This document shows positions 1 to 9,288 of a DNA stretch of 64,000 nt, in pieces (position 1 is the first letter of the stretch; each line of letters begins with the position of its first letter). This DNA is from Methylococcales bacterium. Lineage in GTDB: Bacteria > Pseudomonadota > Gammaproteobacteria > Methylococcales > Methylomonadaceae. Position numbers and translations under genes: made by a program. The DNA lies in the NCBI GenBank assembly GCA_003584895.1, contig QVQF01000152.1, positions 2,140 through 66,139 on the forward strand, written 5' to 3'. The notes under the pieces are model-generated. The model saw only the letters and a list, made by a program, of their open reading frames with translations. It made no database searches and was not told the origin of the DNA.

Positions 1-1
1 C

Positions 2-157
2 GATGATCCTGGTGCTGCTGGTTTTACCGGTAGCTTAGTGGTGGCTGAGTTTGAAAGTTTAGACGCAGCTCAACGTTGGGCTGATGCTGATCCTTATATC
101 CATGCTGGTGTTTACGCTAGCGTTATTGTTAAACCCTTTAAAAAGGTATTTCCTTAA
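2..157 (+). CDS. YciI-like protein, C-terminal fragment (gene begins upstream of the window)
   Basis: Frame-2 translation is [51 protein letters not shown]. This resembles a YciI-family C-terminus. The stop codon abuts the next ATG. Confidence 0.6.
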   Translation, partial: DDPGAAGFTGSLVVAEFESLDAAQRWADADPYIHAGVYASVIVKPFKKVFP

Positions 158-436
158 ATGACAACCGAAGAAATCAAACAGCTTTTAAATGAGGCTTTTA
201 AACCAGAATTATTAGAAATTCTGGACAATAGTGCTGCACACGCAGGTCATGCCGGTGCAAGAAGTGGTGGTGGCCATTATCACGTGACTATTGTAGCCGA
301 GGCTTTTGAAGGAAAATCTATGATCCAACGCCATCAACTGGTTTATGCCGTGTTGGGCGATTTAATGAAGCAACAAATTCATGCCTTAGGCATTAATGCA
401 ATATCACCCTCTGAAGAATCTACAGGAAATTTATAA
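158..436 (+). CDS. bolA: BolA family protein
   Basis: 92 aa. HAGHAGARSGGGHYHVTIVAEAFEGKSMIQRHQLVY is typical of the BolA fold. Confidence 0.8.
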   Translation: MTTEEIKQLLNEAFKPELLEILDNSAAHAGHAGARSGGGHYHVTIVAEAFEGKSMIQRHQLVYAVLGDLMKQQIHALGINAISPSEESTGNL

Positions 437-1465
437 ATGAAAAGAAAAATTATCCCTCTATTGATTGCTAGTACTGCACTTATTGCTGGTTGTGATCAAC
501 TATCTAACACCACTAGCACGAGCTCTGAGCCTGTTGTTAATAAAGCCGATGCGATTGCAGTGGTCAACGGTCACTATATTGCTAAAGCGACTTTAGAAAA
601 ACTTGAGAAGGAAATTGCTGAGCGTAGTCATGGCCAAGTATTTCCTAAAGAAAAGCTGATAGAAGAACTTATTCAACGTGAGTTGTTGGTTCAAGATGCT
701 GAACAAAAGCATTTGGAAAATTCAGCTGAAATTTTAGCTCAACTTGATAGCGCTAAAAAAACTTTATTAACGCAAGCTGACGTGCAAGATTTCATTAAAG
801 CTAATCCTGTGACAGATGCAGAGATCAAAGCTGAATATGACAGTAAAGTCGCCGGTGAAAATGGTACTGAATATAAAGCGCGTCATATTTTAGTTAAGAC
901 TGAAGATGAAGCTAAAAAGATTATCGCTGAATTAGACAAGGGTGGCGATTTCGCTAAACTAGCTAATAAGAATTCTTTAGATGGTAAAGAAGCACAAAAC
1001 GGTGGTGATTTAGGTTGGTTTGCGCCTAGCCAAATGGTAGCGCCTTTCTCTGAAGCGGTCGTTAAGCTTGAAAAAGGTCAATACACTAAAGCACCTGTTA
1101 AAACCCAGTTTGGCTGGCACATCATTTTAAGAGAAGATTCTAAAGCGCAAACACCACCGCCTTTAGAAGCTGTTAAAGAACAACTGATGCCTTTCTTACA
1201 ACGTAAAAAAGTGCAAACCATGGTTGAAAACTTACGTAAGCAAGCTAAGGTAGAAATTTTAGTACCGTTAACTGATGACGTTAAGCCTGCTGCAGCTCCT
1301 GCTGAGCAACCGGTTGCTGAAGAAGTCATAGTCGAAGAAGTTAAAGACAAAAACGGTAAAGTTATTGCCGAAGAAGTCGTCGTCAAAGAAGAAGTTCTTG
1401 AAGAAAAGCCAGCCGAAGCAAAAGCTGCACCTGCTGCTGAAGCGACACCTGAAGCTAAGAAATAA
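437..1465 (+). CDS. PpiC/parvulin-type peptidyl-prolyl isomerase lipoprotein with an acidic low-complexity C-terminal tail
   Basis: Lipobox LIAGC near the N-terminus. Parvulin core: YKARHILVKTEDEAKKI...GGDLGWF...TQFGWHII. The last ~70 aa are E/K/A/P/V-rich. Confidence 0.85.
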   Translation: MKRKIIPLLIASTALIAGCDQLSNTTSTSSEPVVNKADAIAVVNGHYIAKATLEKLEKEIAERSHGQVFPKEKLIEELIQRELLVQDAEQKHLENSAEILAQLDSAKKTLLTQADVQDFIKANPVTDAEIKAEYDSKVAGENGTEYKARHILVKTEDEAKKIIAELDKGGDFAKLANKNSLDGKEAQNGGDLGWFAPSQMVAPFSEAVVKLEKGQYTKAPVKTQFGWHIILREDSKAQTPPPLEAVKEQLMPFLQRKKVQTMVENLRKQAKVEILVPLTDDVKPAAAPAEQPVAEEVIVEEVKDKNGKVIAEEVVVKEEVLEEKPAEAKAAPAAEATPEAKK

Positions 1466-1477
1466 GAAATCTTTGAG

Positions 1478-1510
1478 GTAGGTCGGGTTAGCGTTAGCGT
1501 AACCCGACAT
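1478..1510. repeat. REP-like hairpin unit (GTAGGTCGGGTTAGCG..CGTAACCCGACAT family)
   Basis: gtaggtcgggttagcgttagcgtaacccgacat. It has a 9-bp stem GTCGGGTTA/TAACCCGAC. The same unit recurs at 58572, 61994 and 62039. Confidence 0.8.
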
Positions 1511-1522
1511 TTCGAAGTCCAG

Positions 1523-1556
1523 TGTCGGGTTACGGCTAGCGCCTAACTCGACCTAC
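1523..1556. repeat. REP-like unit, inverted and degenerate partner of 1478-1510
   Basis: tgtcgggttacggctagcgcctaactcgacctac is an imperfect reverse complement of the family consensus. Confidence 0.65.
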
Positions 1557-1563
1557 ATAAGAA

Positions 1564-1588
1564 GGGCGGTTTTACCGCCCTTTTTTTT
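1564..1588. terminator. Intrinsic terminator between convergent ppiC-type gene and recJ
   Basis: gggcggt-ttt-accgccc hairpin followed by T8 on the plus strand. The minus strand has a run of A before the hairpin. Confidence 0.7.
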
Positions 1589-3332
1589 ATGCTAGCTTTT
1601 CCAAATACTGCAAAATAAACTGCACACTGCGCTGACCTCTATATTCATTGATATCTAAGCTATAAGCCGCTTTAATTTGCCTAAGCCCTAACCATTGTTC
1701 GGGTTGATCCATGAAAAAAGCAATGGCATCTATTAGCAAATCTCCATTGGGTTTTCTTAGCACCAACTTAAGATGGCGCTGTCCGACTATCCGTGCCTGA
1801 ATCACATCAAATAAGCCGTCAAATACAGGGCCTGGAAAGTTCTGTCCCCAAGTGGCTGCATTCTGTAATATATCAGCAAATTCAATCGTCATTTCTTGTT
1901 CGGATAATTCCCCATCGGAGAGTATTTTTTGCTCTAAATCCACATCCGCTAAGCGTTTGCTGACCATTTCATCGAAGGCTAGGGCAAACACAGGGTAATC
2001 GTGCATGCTAATGCTTAAGCCTGCCGCCATGGCATGGCCACCGAATTTACTGAGTAGCTTTGGCTGCTGAGCTGAAATGTCACTAAGTACATCGCGTATA
2101 TGCACGCCGGGTATGGAGCGTGCTGAGCCTTTAATTAAATCTTTACCTGCGGGTGCAAAGGCAATGACAGGCCTATGCAAACGATCTTTTATGCGTGAAG
2201 CTAAGATACCTATAACCCCCTGATGCCATGAGCTATCGAATAAGCACACACCTGATAATAAGTGATGCTCATCTAAGGCTTTCATTTCGCCTAATAAAGA
2301 CATAGCTTCATGCTTCATAACGCCTTCAACTTCTCTGCGGTCGTTATTAAGCGCATCTAATTGAACGGCTATATCTTTGGCCAGCACGGGGTCGTCAGTT
2401 AATAAGCATTGTATGCCTAGAGACATATCATCCATACGGCCTGCGGCATTAAGCCTAGGTGCTACGGCAAAGCCTAAGTCGGTGGCAACCAAGGATTTAG
2501 GATTTCTACCCGATACTTCAATCAGTGCGGTAATGCCGGGGTGGCAGCGCTCTGATCTTATGCGCATTAAACCTTGATGTACTAAAATTCGATTGATTTG
2601 ATCTAAGGCGACGACATCGGCGACTGTGCCTAAGGCCACGTAATCAAGCAATTGGCCAAGATTAGGTTCCTGTAGCTTATGATTGCTAAACCAATGCCTA
2701 TCTCTTAGACGATTTCTTAAGGCCAGTAAGACATAGAAGATAACGCCTACACCGGCTATGGCGCCGCTGGGGAATCTATCATCAGCTAAATTAGGATTAA
2801 CAATGGCCTCGGCGTTTGGTAGTTCAGCGCCGGGTAGATGATGGTCGGTGACGAGTACTTTAATACCGGCGGCTTGTGCCGCTGCAACGCCCTCAATACT
2901 AGAAATGCCGTTATCAACAGTGATGATGACGTCGGGTTGTTGTAATTTAACGAGCTCAACAATTTCTGGGGTTAAGCCATAGCCGTATTCAAAACGATTG
3001 GGAACGACAAAGTTTACGGGGGCGGCACCTAATAACTCTAGACCTTTGATAGCGACGGCACAACTGGTTGCACCATCGGCATCAAAGTCTGCGACTATCG
3101 TAATGCGTTGCTGTTCTTGTATGGCGATGATTAAATGTTCCACCATGGCTTCCATGCCAGACAATAACCAAGGTGAGGGCAGTTTTGCCAGATCTCTATC
3201 AAGTTCAGCATCCGTGGTAATACCTCGTGCTAAAAAGATGCGCTCTATGATGGGATGTAAGCCAGATAAGCGGCTGGGGTTTTTCTCGATAACGCGGGTG
3301 ACGATGGTTTTTTTGATGCCTTGATAATACAT
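1587..3332 (-). CDS. recJ: Single-stranded-DNA-specific exonuclease RecJ
   Basis: 581 aa. DHH family motifs DFDADGATS, TVDNG and VTDHH, plus the DHHA1 region GGHAMAAG. Confidence 0.95.
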   Translation of the reverse strand: MYYQGIKKTIVTRVIEKNPSRLSGLHPIIERIFLARGITTDAELDRDLAKLPSPWLLSGMEAMVEHLIIAIQEQQRITIVADFDADGATSCAVAIKGLELLGAAPVNFVVPNRFEYGYGLTPEIVELVKLQQPDVIITVDNGISSIEGVAAAQAAGIKVLVTDHHLPGAELPNAEAIVNPNLADDRFPSGAIAGVGVIFYVLLALRNRLRDRHWFSNHKLQEPNLGQLLDYVALGTVADVVALDQINRILVHQGLMRIRSERCHPGITALIEVSGRNPKSLVATDLGFAVAPRLNAAGRMDDMSLGIQCLLTDDPVLAKDIAVQLDALNNDRREVEGVMKHEAMSLLGEMKALDEHHLLSGVCLFDSSWHQGVIGILASRIKDRLHRPVIAFAPAGKDLIKGSARSIPGVHIRDVLSDISAQQPKLLSKFGGHAMAAGLSISMHDYPVFALAFDEMVSKRLADVDLEQKILSDGELSEQEMTIEFADILQNAATWGQNFPGPVFDGLFDVIQARIVGQRHLKLVLRKPNGDLLIDAIAFFMDQPEQWLGLRQIKAAYSLDINEYRGQRSVQFILQYLEKLA

Positions 3333-3398
3333 GGTTTGTTCCGTTATAACTGATGCGCTTCAGGTTTTGTTCAGCACATCCTATGACTTACGAGTTCT

Positions 3399-3452
3399 GG
3401 AGTGCAACAGCTTCAGCTGTTGCTATCTAAAACAGCTGAAGCTGTTTTACTC
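3399..3452. repeat. 54-nt long-stem hairpin element, copy 1
   Basis: ggagtgcaacagcttcagctgttgctatctaaaacagctgaagctgttttactcc. The arms are 23 nt with 2 mismatches. A near-identical copy lies at 57981-58034. Confidence 0.8.
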
Positions 3453-3468
3453 CTATCAAGTTGGGTTT

Positions 3469-4401
3469 TTAACCCTTGCCTCGAGTACGCGTTCTAGTCG
3501 GCGACTTATCTTTGCTGGTCTCCATAGATTCATGACGTTTTTCTATAAACTGTATGATTAAATCGGCAATATCTTTGTCACTAGCCGCTTCTATGCCCTG
3601 TAAGCCGGGAGAGGAGTTGACTTCCATAATGACAGGACCATGGTTGGAACGCAGCATATCCACACCACAGACATTGAGTCCCATGATTTTAGCAGCACGT
3701 ACTGCGGTAGAGCGTTCTTCTGGGGTTAAGCGTATTAATGAAGCCGAACCACCGCGATGCAAATTGGAACGAAATTCGCCTGGATTGGCTTGGCGTTTCA
3801 TAGAGGCAACGACTTTATCGCCGATAACAAAACAGCGTATATCACTGCCACCGGCTTCTTTAATAAATTCTTGTACCATGATGTTGGCATTAAGACCCAT
3901 AAAGGCCTGAATAACGCTTTCAGCAGCATTATGGGTTTCTGCTAAGACCACGCCTATGCCTTGTGTACCTTCTAAGAGTTTAATGACTAGCGGTGCACCA
4001 CCGACTTGAGAAATTAAATCTTGTATATCGTCTGGGTTATTAGCAAAGCCTGTTACAGGGAGGCCTATGCCTTTACGTGCGAGTAGTTGCACTGAACGTA
4101 ATTTGTCACGAGAGCGTGAAATAGCGACCGACTCATTCAGTGGAAACACATTCATCATTTCAAATTGTCGCAATACGGCGGTACCGTAAAAGGTCACGGA
4201 GGCGCCAATTCTGGGTATAACGGCATCGAATCCGGTTAAGTCTTCGCCACGATAATGTATGGATGGATTATGTGAGGTTATGTTCATATAACAACGCAAT
4301 ACATCCAAGACCCGTACCTCATGTCCCCGCGCTTGTGCGGCCTCAACTAATCGAGCAGTTGAATACAATTTGGCATTACGGGATAAAATAGCAATTTTCA
4401 T
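3469..4401 (-). CDS. rimK: RimK-family ATP-grasp alpha-L-glutamate ligase
   Basis: 310 aa. MKIAILSRN...[16 protein letters not shown]...RSNLHRGG...GVDMLRS... is typical of RimK. It has a basic or hydrophilic C-terminal tail. Confidence 0.9.
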   Translation of the reverse strand: MKIAILSRNAKLYSTARLVEAAQARGHEVRVLDVLRCYMNITSHNPSIHYRGEDLTGFDAVIPRIGASVTFYGTAVLRQFEMMNVFPLNESVAISRSRDKLRSVQLLARKGIGLPVTGFANNPDDIQDLISQVGGAPLVIKLLEGTQGIGVVLAETHNAAESVIQAFMGLNANIMVQEFIKEAGGSDIRCFVIGDKVVASMKRQANPGEFRSNLHRGGSASLIRLTPEERSTAVRAAKIMGLNVCGVDMLRSNHGPVIMEVNSSPGLQGIEAASDKDIADLIIQFIEKRHESMETSKDKSPTRTRTRGKG

Positions 4402-4545
4402 AGATTCTCAAATCAACACTTAGGGCAGTGCATATTTTGTCATGAAACTATGTAACTAGCATTACAAATACCTACTGATGTGTAAAATGAGGCAGAAATA
4501 AACCTAGATTAAGATTTTCTTAGGAACGTTTATACCTCTGCTGGT

Positions 4546-5979
4546 TTAGAAGTCAAAATAGATGAACTTCTGGCTACTGCCGCCAAAGAAAATAATAGTC
4601 AATGTTATACCAGCATAAACAGCGCCGCGCAGGGTGAAGTGCAAATGTTCCCAATAGTGCATGGCCTGTTTCAACTTACGTTCAATGGCGGGTTCCACCA
4701 AGGTAAATAATAAGCTTGTCCATATCAGCACCTGTACATAATGGCGAATTGTTAGGTTTTCGCTAGCATTACTTAGCCCGGCCATCGCCGCTGTTATGAT
4801 CCAAGCATCATGAAATGAAGGTGCGCGAAAGAATATCCATGTTATCCATAATAGTGTTAACGTTATTGGCCATCCTAGCCATGACAAGGCACGAGAGGTG
4901 TATGAGTTGTCTACTATGGCCAGTCGTGTATACAAATCCAGTAAAAGACGATGCAATATTAGATAGGAGCCGTGCAAAATACCCCAGAATACAAAAGTCC
5001 ATGCTGCGCCGTGCCATAATCCGCCTAACAGCATGGTAATTAATAAATTAATTAGATTGCGCGACGTGCCTTTTCGGTTGCCACCCAAGGAAATATAAAG
5101 ATAATCGCGCAACCAGCGTGACAGCGTGATATGCCATCGTTGCCAAAATTCGCGTACACTACGGCTGGTATAGGGATGGATGAAGTTACGTGGCAACACG
5201 ATGCCTAGGGTCAGCGCAAGTCCTATAGCCATTTCACTGTAGCCGGAAAAATCAAAATAAATTTGCAAGGCAAATGCGGTGGCGGCGAGCCAGGCGCTAT
5301 AAAAATCCAGAGCTTCAGGATGACTGAACAGATCATTGGCCAACGGCGCGAGGTTATCAGCAAACAACACCTTTTTAATGAGACCTGCCATAAATATTAA
5401 TGTACCCAATTTGATATTTTTGGCTTTTAAAGGTTGTAGATTTTCCAGTTGTTCGACTAACTCCGATGCGCGCAGGATAGGGCCTGCAATCATGTGTGGG
5501 AAGAAGGTCACATACAGCCACCAAGAGCGAAACGAAATGCGGTGTGTCCATGCGCCACGATAGACGTCGATCATTACTGACAGCATGTGGAACGTATAAA
5601 AACTAATGCCTAGGGGTAATGCCCAATGCATCCAGTCAGATGGCGCGTTTATAAGTGGTATATCCAGCCAGGCGCCAAGATTAAGTAAGCTTTCTAGTAC
5701 CATCCCCAGATATTTGATGACCCCCAGAAAACCAAGATTCAACACTAGCCCTAGCGTCAGCAGTCGTTTACTGCGCGTTACAGACAAGGCAGAATAAATC
5801 AGATAGTTGAGGCTGACCGACAAGCCCAAAAGTATCAGGTAAGCTGGTTTCCATGAGGCATAAAAAATCAGGCTGCCAACCAGAATTATAGCGGCGCGCT
5901 CACGGTAATTGCGGGCGCCGGCATAGACTATTAGCAGCGCGGCAAAGAACACCAAGAAAGTCGGGGAGCTAAATAACAT
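4546..5979 (-). CDS. MBOAT family membrane O-acyltransferase (AlgI/DltB-like)
   Basis: 477 aa and polytopic. FWQRWHITLSRWLRDYLYISLGGNRKG and the downstream LWHGAAWTF match the MBOAT signature with its conserved His. Confidence 0.9.
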   Translation of the reverse strand: MLFSSPTFLVFFAALLIVYAGARNYRERAAIILVGSLIFYASWKPAYLILLGLSVSLNYLIYSALSVTRSKRLLTLGLVLNLGFLGVIKYLGMVLESLLNLGAWLDIPLINAPSDWMHWALPLGISFYTFHMLSVMIDVYRGAWTHRISFRSWWLYVTFFPHMIAGPILRASELVEQLENLQPLKAKNIKLGTLIFMAGLIKKVLFADNLAPLANDLFSHPEALDFYSAWLAATAFALQIYFDFSGYSEMAIGLALTLGIVLPRNFIHPYTSRSVREFWQRWHITLSRWLRDYLYISLGGNRKGTSRNLINLLITMLLGGLWHGAAWTFVFWGILHGSYLILHRLLLDLYTRLAIVDNSYTSRALSWLGWPITLTLLWITWIFFRAPSFHDAWIITAAMAGLSNASENLTIRHYVQVLIWTSLLFTLVEPAIERKLKQAMHYWEHLHFTLRGAVYAGITLTIIFFGGSSQKFIYFDF

Positions 5980-5982
5980 GAT

Positions 5983-6987
5983 CTATTGAATCCCTAGGGT
6001 TGTGAGTTGATGTCCGAGGTCGGCGCTGAAATGCTGTGCCCCTTGGTTATTAAGATGGCCTGCGTTGATAAATTCCGAAGATGAGTAATTCGTAGCCGTC
6101 GACAATATGGTTACTCCACGTTGTTGCAAGCGTGCAAGCAATATACGATATGGAAGTGCAGTCTGGCTGGTATCAAAAAAGGCGGAAGAACGATCACGCA
6201 AGGGGAGGATGGTAACAAGAATACGAACATCCCGCGATTGCAAGAGATCTATCGTACGCCACAAATAGGTTTCGACGTTAGGTGATGGTGGTTGTTGCGC
6301 GCTACCTTCCTGACGGACCACTTGAGCTTCGTTTTGGGTCGCACCAAATCCTGCGCGATATCCCTGATAGGTGGCTGCAGCTCCTCCAATGGGGTCGATT
6401 GAGTTTATGCTTGCCTCAATGAATTTCAGTATCTTGTCCGGTTCTTGCAGTTGTCGAAGGTTAGCACAGTAAGACCATAGGCGCAGATAGCTGCCCAGCC
6501 AGTCTTGATAGCGTCCTGAATTCCATAATGTAGTTCGGTGTGCGAGAAAGCTAATGTACCCCAACGAGTTTTCTTCTTGAAATGCGCTTTCATCAAGACC
6601 TAATATTACGGTGTTAATACCTTGAGGGCCTAGTAATCCTTGAGCACTGATGCGTTTTATAATGCCGTGATAGATTAACAAATTTGCCCCAGGTAGACCG
6701 AGATTGAAGCTGTAGGTACTGGGCTGCATCAAGATATGATTAATGGAGAGCGCATCAATAGCATTATCAACTCGGCTATTACCTATGAACAGCAAATGCG
6801 GTGGGTGTTGTTCAACATAATGCAGCTTATCTATTGCGCGCCCCACAGCAAAAACAGAGCGGTAGCGATGCACTATGGATTCATTATGCAGAGCTAGTTC
6901 AACGCCTATAATGATGAAAGCTGCGACCCAAAATGACTTGCCTAAGCCGGGTGGTATTTTTAAATGGAAATGCATGGCTTTACTCAT
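5983..6987 (-). CDS. Membrane-anchored partner of the MBOAT enzyme, possibly an SGNH/AlgJ-AlgX-like acyl-transfer protein
   Basis: 334 aa with an N-terminal TM (FWVAAFIIIGVELAL). There are weak SGNH-like blocks: LLFIGNSRVDNAID and the C-terminal NAGHLNNQG. It sits 4 nt from the MBOAT gene. Confidence 0.4.
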   Translation of the reverse strand: MSKAMHFHLKIPPGLGKSFWVAAFIIIGVELALHNESIVHRYRSVFAVGRAIDKLHYVEQHPPHLLFIGNSRVDNAIDALSINHILMQPSTYSFNLGLPGANLLIYHGIIKRISAQGLLGPQGINTVILGLDESAFQEENSLGYISFLAHRTTLWNSGRYQDWLGSYLRLWSYCANLRQLQEPDKILKFIEASINSIDPIGGAAATYQGYRAGFGATQNEAQVVRQEGSAQQPPSPNVETYLWRTIDLLQSRDVRILVTILPLRDRSSAFFDTSQTALPYRILLARLQQRGVTILSTATNYSSSEFINAGHLNNQGAQHFSADLGHQLTTLGIQ

Positions 6988-7130
6988 AATTGTTAATGCA
7001 TTTTTTACTTGTAGTGTCGGTATTTGTCTTTAGCAGACTTCTACAACACATTATCTTGTTAAATATATGGATTATGTTTGGCATAGGTCGTGAAACTTAG
7101 AAGGTTGACGTTTTCTCATAATCTATTGTT

Positions 7131-8282
7131 TTATTTACGTAATCGGTCATTTAATTTATCAGTCTTGTCTGCTACCCGCTCCCAAGAAAATTCACTCTTA
7201 ACTCTATCTAGTGCATGCTGTCCCAGTGTTGTTGCGAGATTGTCTTGTGTCAGTAGTGTACGTAACCCGTTTGCTACCGCCATAACTGAAGTGCCATCGA
7301 TCCGAATGCCGGTGATTCCATGTATTACCGCAGAACCGGTTCCGCCTGCATCTCCTGCCAGACTGGGCTTGCCGCAGGCGGCGGCTTCGATAAACACCAT
7401 TCCGAAACCTTCGTTATCGCCATTGATTTCTCTATTAGGCATAGCAAAGACGTCGCATGTGTTCATCCAGCGAGGTAAATCAGCATCTTTCACTGCACCT
7501 ATCCTATAGACGATAGCTTGCAGATTATGTTCAAGGATTAATCCATCGAGATAATCGGCATCTTCCCCAATACCTGCAATTACGTATTTTAAAGATATGT
7601 CTTCTGCAAGTAGCTGTGCGACTGCTCTGATCATTTGATCGAAGCCTTTTCGCCTCGAAAGGCGCCCGACTGAGAACACTAACTTTTCGTCATTGCCGAT
7701 GCCAAGGCTTTCGCGTAAGCCTGTAGTATCCAATTCCGGTTTGAATACTGATATGTCGACACCAGGATAGATGATGGTGATGCGAGTTGCGTCAATATCC
7801 ATCTTCAGCAGGGTGTTACGTGTGTGTTCACTGTTTGCGATGATTTGATCGGCATGACGCAGGGCAAAGCGCATGGCTTTGTACTTGCTGCCGAATCCCC
7901 AGGTGGTAAGTTCTTCTCCGTGAGCATAGATTACTACAGGACTTAAGGTAATCCTTGCTACTGCCCAAGCAGTTAGTCCTTCTGGTAAGGCGCGAAAGGC
8001 GTGAATGACATCAAAGCGTTGTGTTAGCGTCAGGGTTAGTGCTTTGAAGAAGAAGCGTATGTACATTGCCAACGACTCGGGACGTAGCCAAGTGATACGC
8101 TTTAAATTAATTCGGTGAATATTGTTGGGGTGTGTCGCGTCGATGGCTGGCGCATCAGGCACTGCGGCGGTGATGATATGGATCTCTTTACCGCCTAGGC
8201 GTTTATAGACTTCGGCCGCCCAAACGGCAGTGCCTCCCTTTGTGGGTAGAAATAGTTCGGTAAGTATAAGCGAGCGGTTCAT
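7131..8282 (-). CDS. GT4-family (GT-B) glycosyltransferase
   Basis: 383 aa. The E-x7-E motif EGFGMVFIEAAACGKPSLAGDAGG is present, and the N-terminus reads LPTKGGTAVWAAEVYKRL. Confidence 0.9.
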   Translation of the reverse strand: MNRSLILTELFLPTKGGTAVWAAEVYKRLGGKEIHIITAAVPDAPAIDATHPNNIHRINLKRITWLRPESLAMYIRFFFKALTLTLTQRFDVIHAFRALPEGLTAWAVARITLSPVVIYAHGEELTTWGFGSKYKAMRFALRHADQIIANSEHTRNTLLKMDIDATRITIIYPGVDISVFKPELDTTGLRESLGIGNDEKLVFSVGRLSRRKGFDQMIRAVAQLLAEDISLKYVIAGIGEDADYLDGLILEHNLQAIVYRIGAVKDADLPRWMNTCDVFAMPNREINGDNEGFGMVFIEAAACGKPSLAGDAGGTGSAVIHGITGIRIDGTSVMAVANGLRTLLTQDNLATTLGQHALDRVKSEFSWERVADKTDKLNDRLRK

Positions 8283-8358
8283 AGTTTATATTTTCTATTT
8301 AAGGAGTTGATGCGCTGAGGTTTCTGTCTCATTAGCGTAGTTGCAAGTGTCATCCGGT

Positions 8359-9288
8359 TTAGCCTTTAATGATGGATAGCATATTGCGCAGGTTACGCCA
8401 ACTGGGATTGTTTATTAATGATGAGAGGATAGCCTGCATCGCAGCGCGGCGTTGCTTGTTTCGAGTCAAGGCGCAAGCCAAGTTGTAGCGTGCGCTATGC
8501 ATCCGTTGTTTGACCCCTTGCCGTACGGGTATTGGAAAGTTTTGAGCCAGACGGTCTAGATCAATAAGTGTGCGGACATTTTCTTGCTGCGTTGCGATGG
8601 GATTTTTACGTGTTGCACTGGTGTCGTGGATATAATATACGCCGAGATTTGCACATATGACGCCGATGCGACTACTTTTTGCTACCAGTCGCGTCAGAAA
8701 GTGTATGTCTTCGCAAACTTTAAAGCCGGTCGGATAACCACAGAGCTCAATAAAGCGAGAACGTGGTACGGATAATGTATGGGTGTCGCCAAAATGGTTG
8801 GAAACAAAAGCGGTAATTTCGGTGGGCGTATCAATGACCACCCGCAGAGAACCTGAGGCTTTGGCGAGCAGCATACGTCCTGATTCGTGCTGTGACATTG
8901 AGGTGCCAAGCAAGTTGTCTGCGGCATCCTTGTATTCATAATCGCCGGTCAAAAAATCCAGTGTAGCATCTTCCAAAATCCATTCGGCATGCAGTTTGAT
9001 TCGATCATTTGTATACGTGTCATCGGCATCCAAAAACGCAAGCCAATCGCCTGTTGCCACTGCGGCTCCGGCGTTTCTGGCTGCTGATACACCACTGTTG
9101 GTTTGTTGGATTAGGTATATCATATCGCCAAATTGGCGAGCAACTTCAGCGGTGGCATCGGTAGAGCCATCATCCACAACGATAATTTCGTATGCAGGCC
9201 AGCTTTGAATTAGCACTGATTCGATGGCGCGCGCCAACGTCGCAGCTGAATTGAATGCGGGGATGATGATCGAAAATCGTGTAGTCAT
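8359..9288 (-). CDS. GT2-family (GT-A) glycosyltransferase
   Basis: FSIIIPAFNSAATL, VVDDGSTD and FLDADD (DxD) motifs. I place the start at M31 of the track ORF, which gives an ATGA overlap with the upstream gene's stop at 9285-9288. Confidence 0.85.
   Translation of the reverse strand: MTTRFSIIIPAFNSAATLARAIESVLIQSWPAYEIIVVDDGSTDATAEVARQFGDMIYLIQQTNSGVSAARNAGAAVATGDWLAFLDADDTYTNDRIKLHAEWILEDATLDFLTGDYEYKDAADNLLGTSMSQHESGRMLLAKASGSLRVVIDTPTEITAFVSNHFGDTHTLSVPRSRFIELCGYPTGFKVCEDIHFLTRLVAKSSRIGVICANLGVYYIHDTSATRKNPIATQQENVRTLIDLDRLAQNFPIPVRQGVKQRMHSARYNLACALTRNKQRRAAMQAILSSLINNPSWRNLRNMLSIIKG

Noticed and set aside
1268-1510. 80-aa minus-strand ORF beginning MSGYANANPTY
   Set aside because: Its start is generated by the REP-like repeat, and the rest is antisense to the low-complexity tail of the parvulin gene. 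It is an artefact of repeat sequence.
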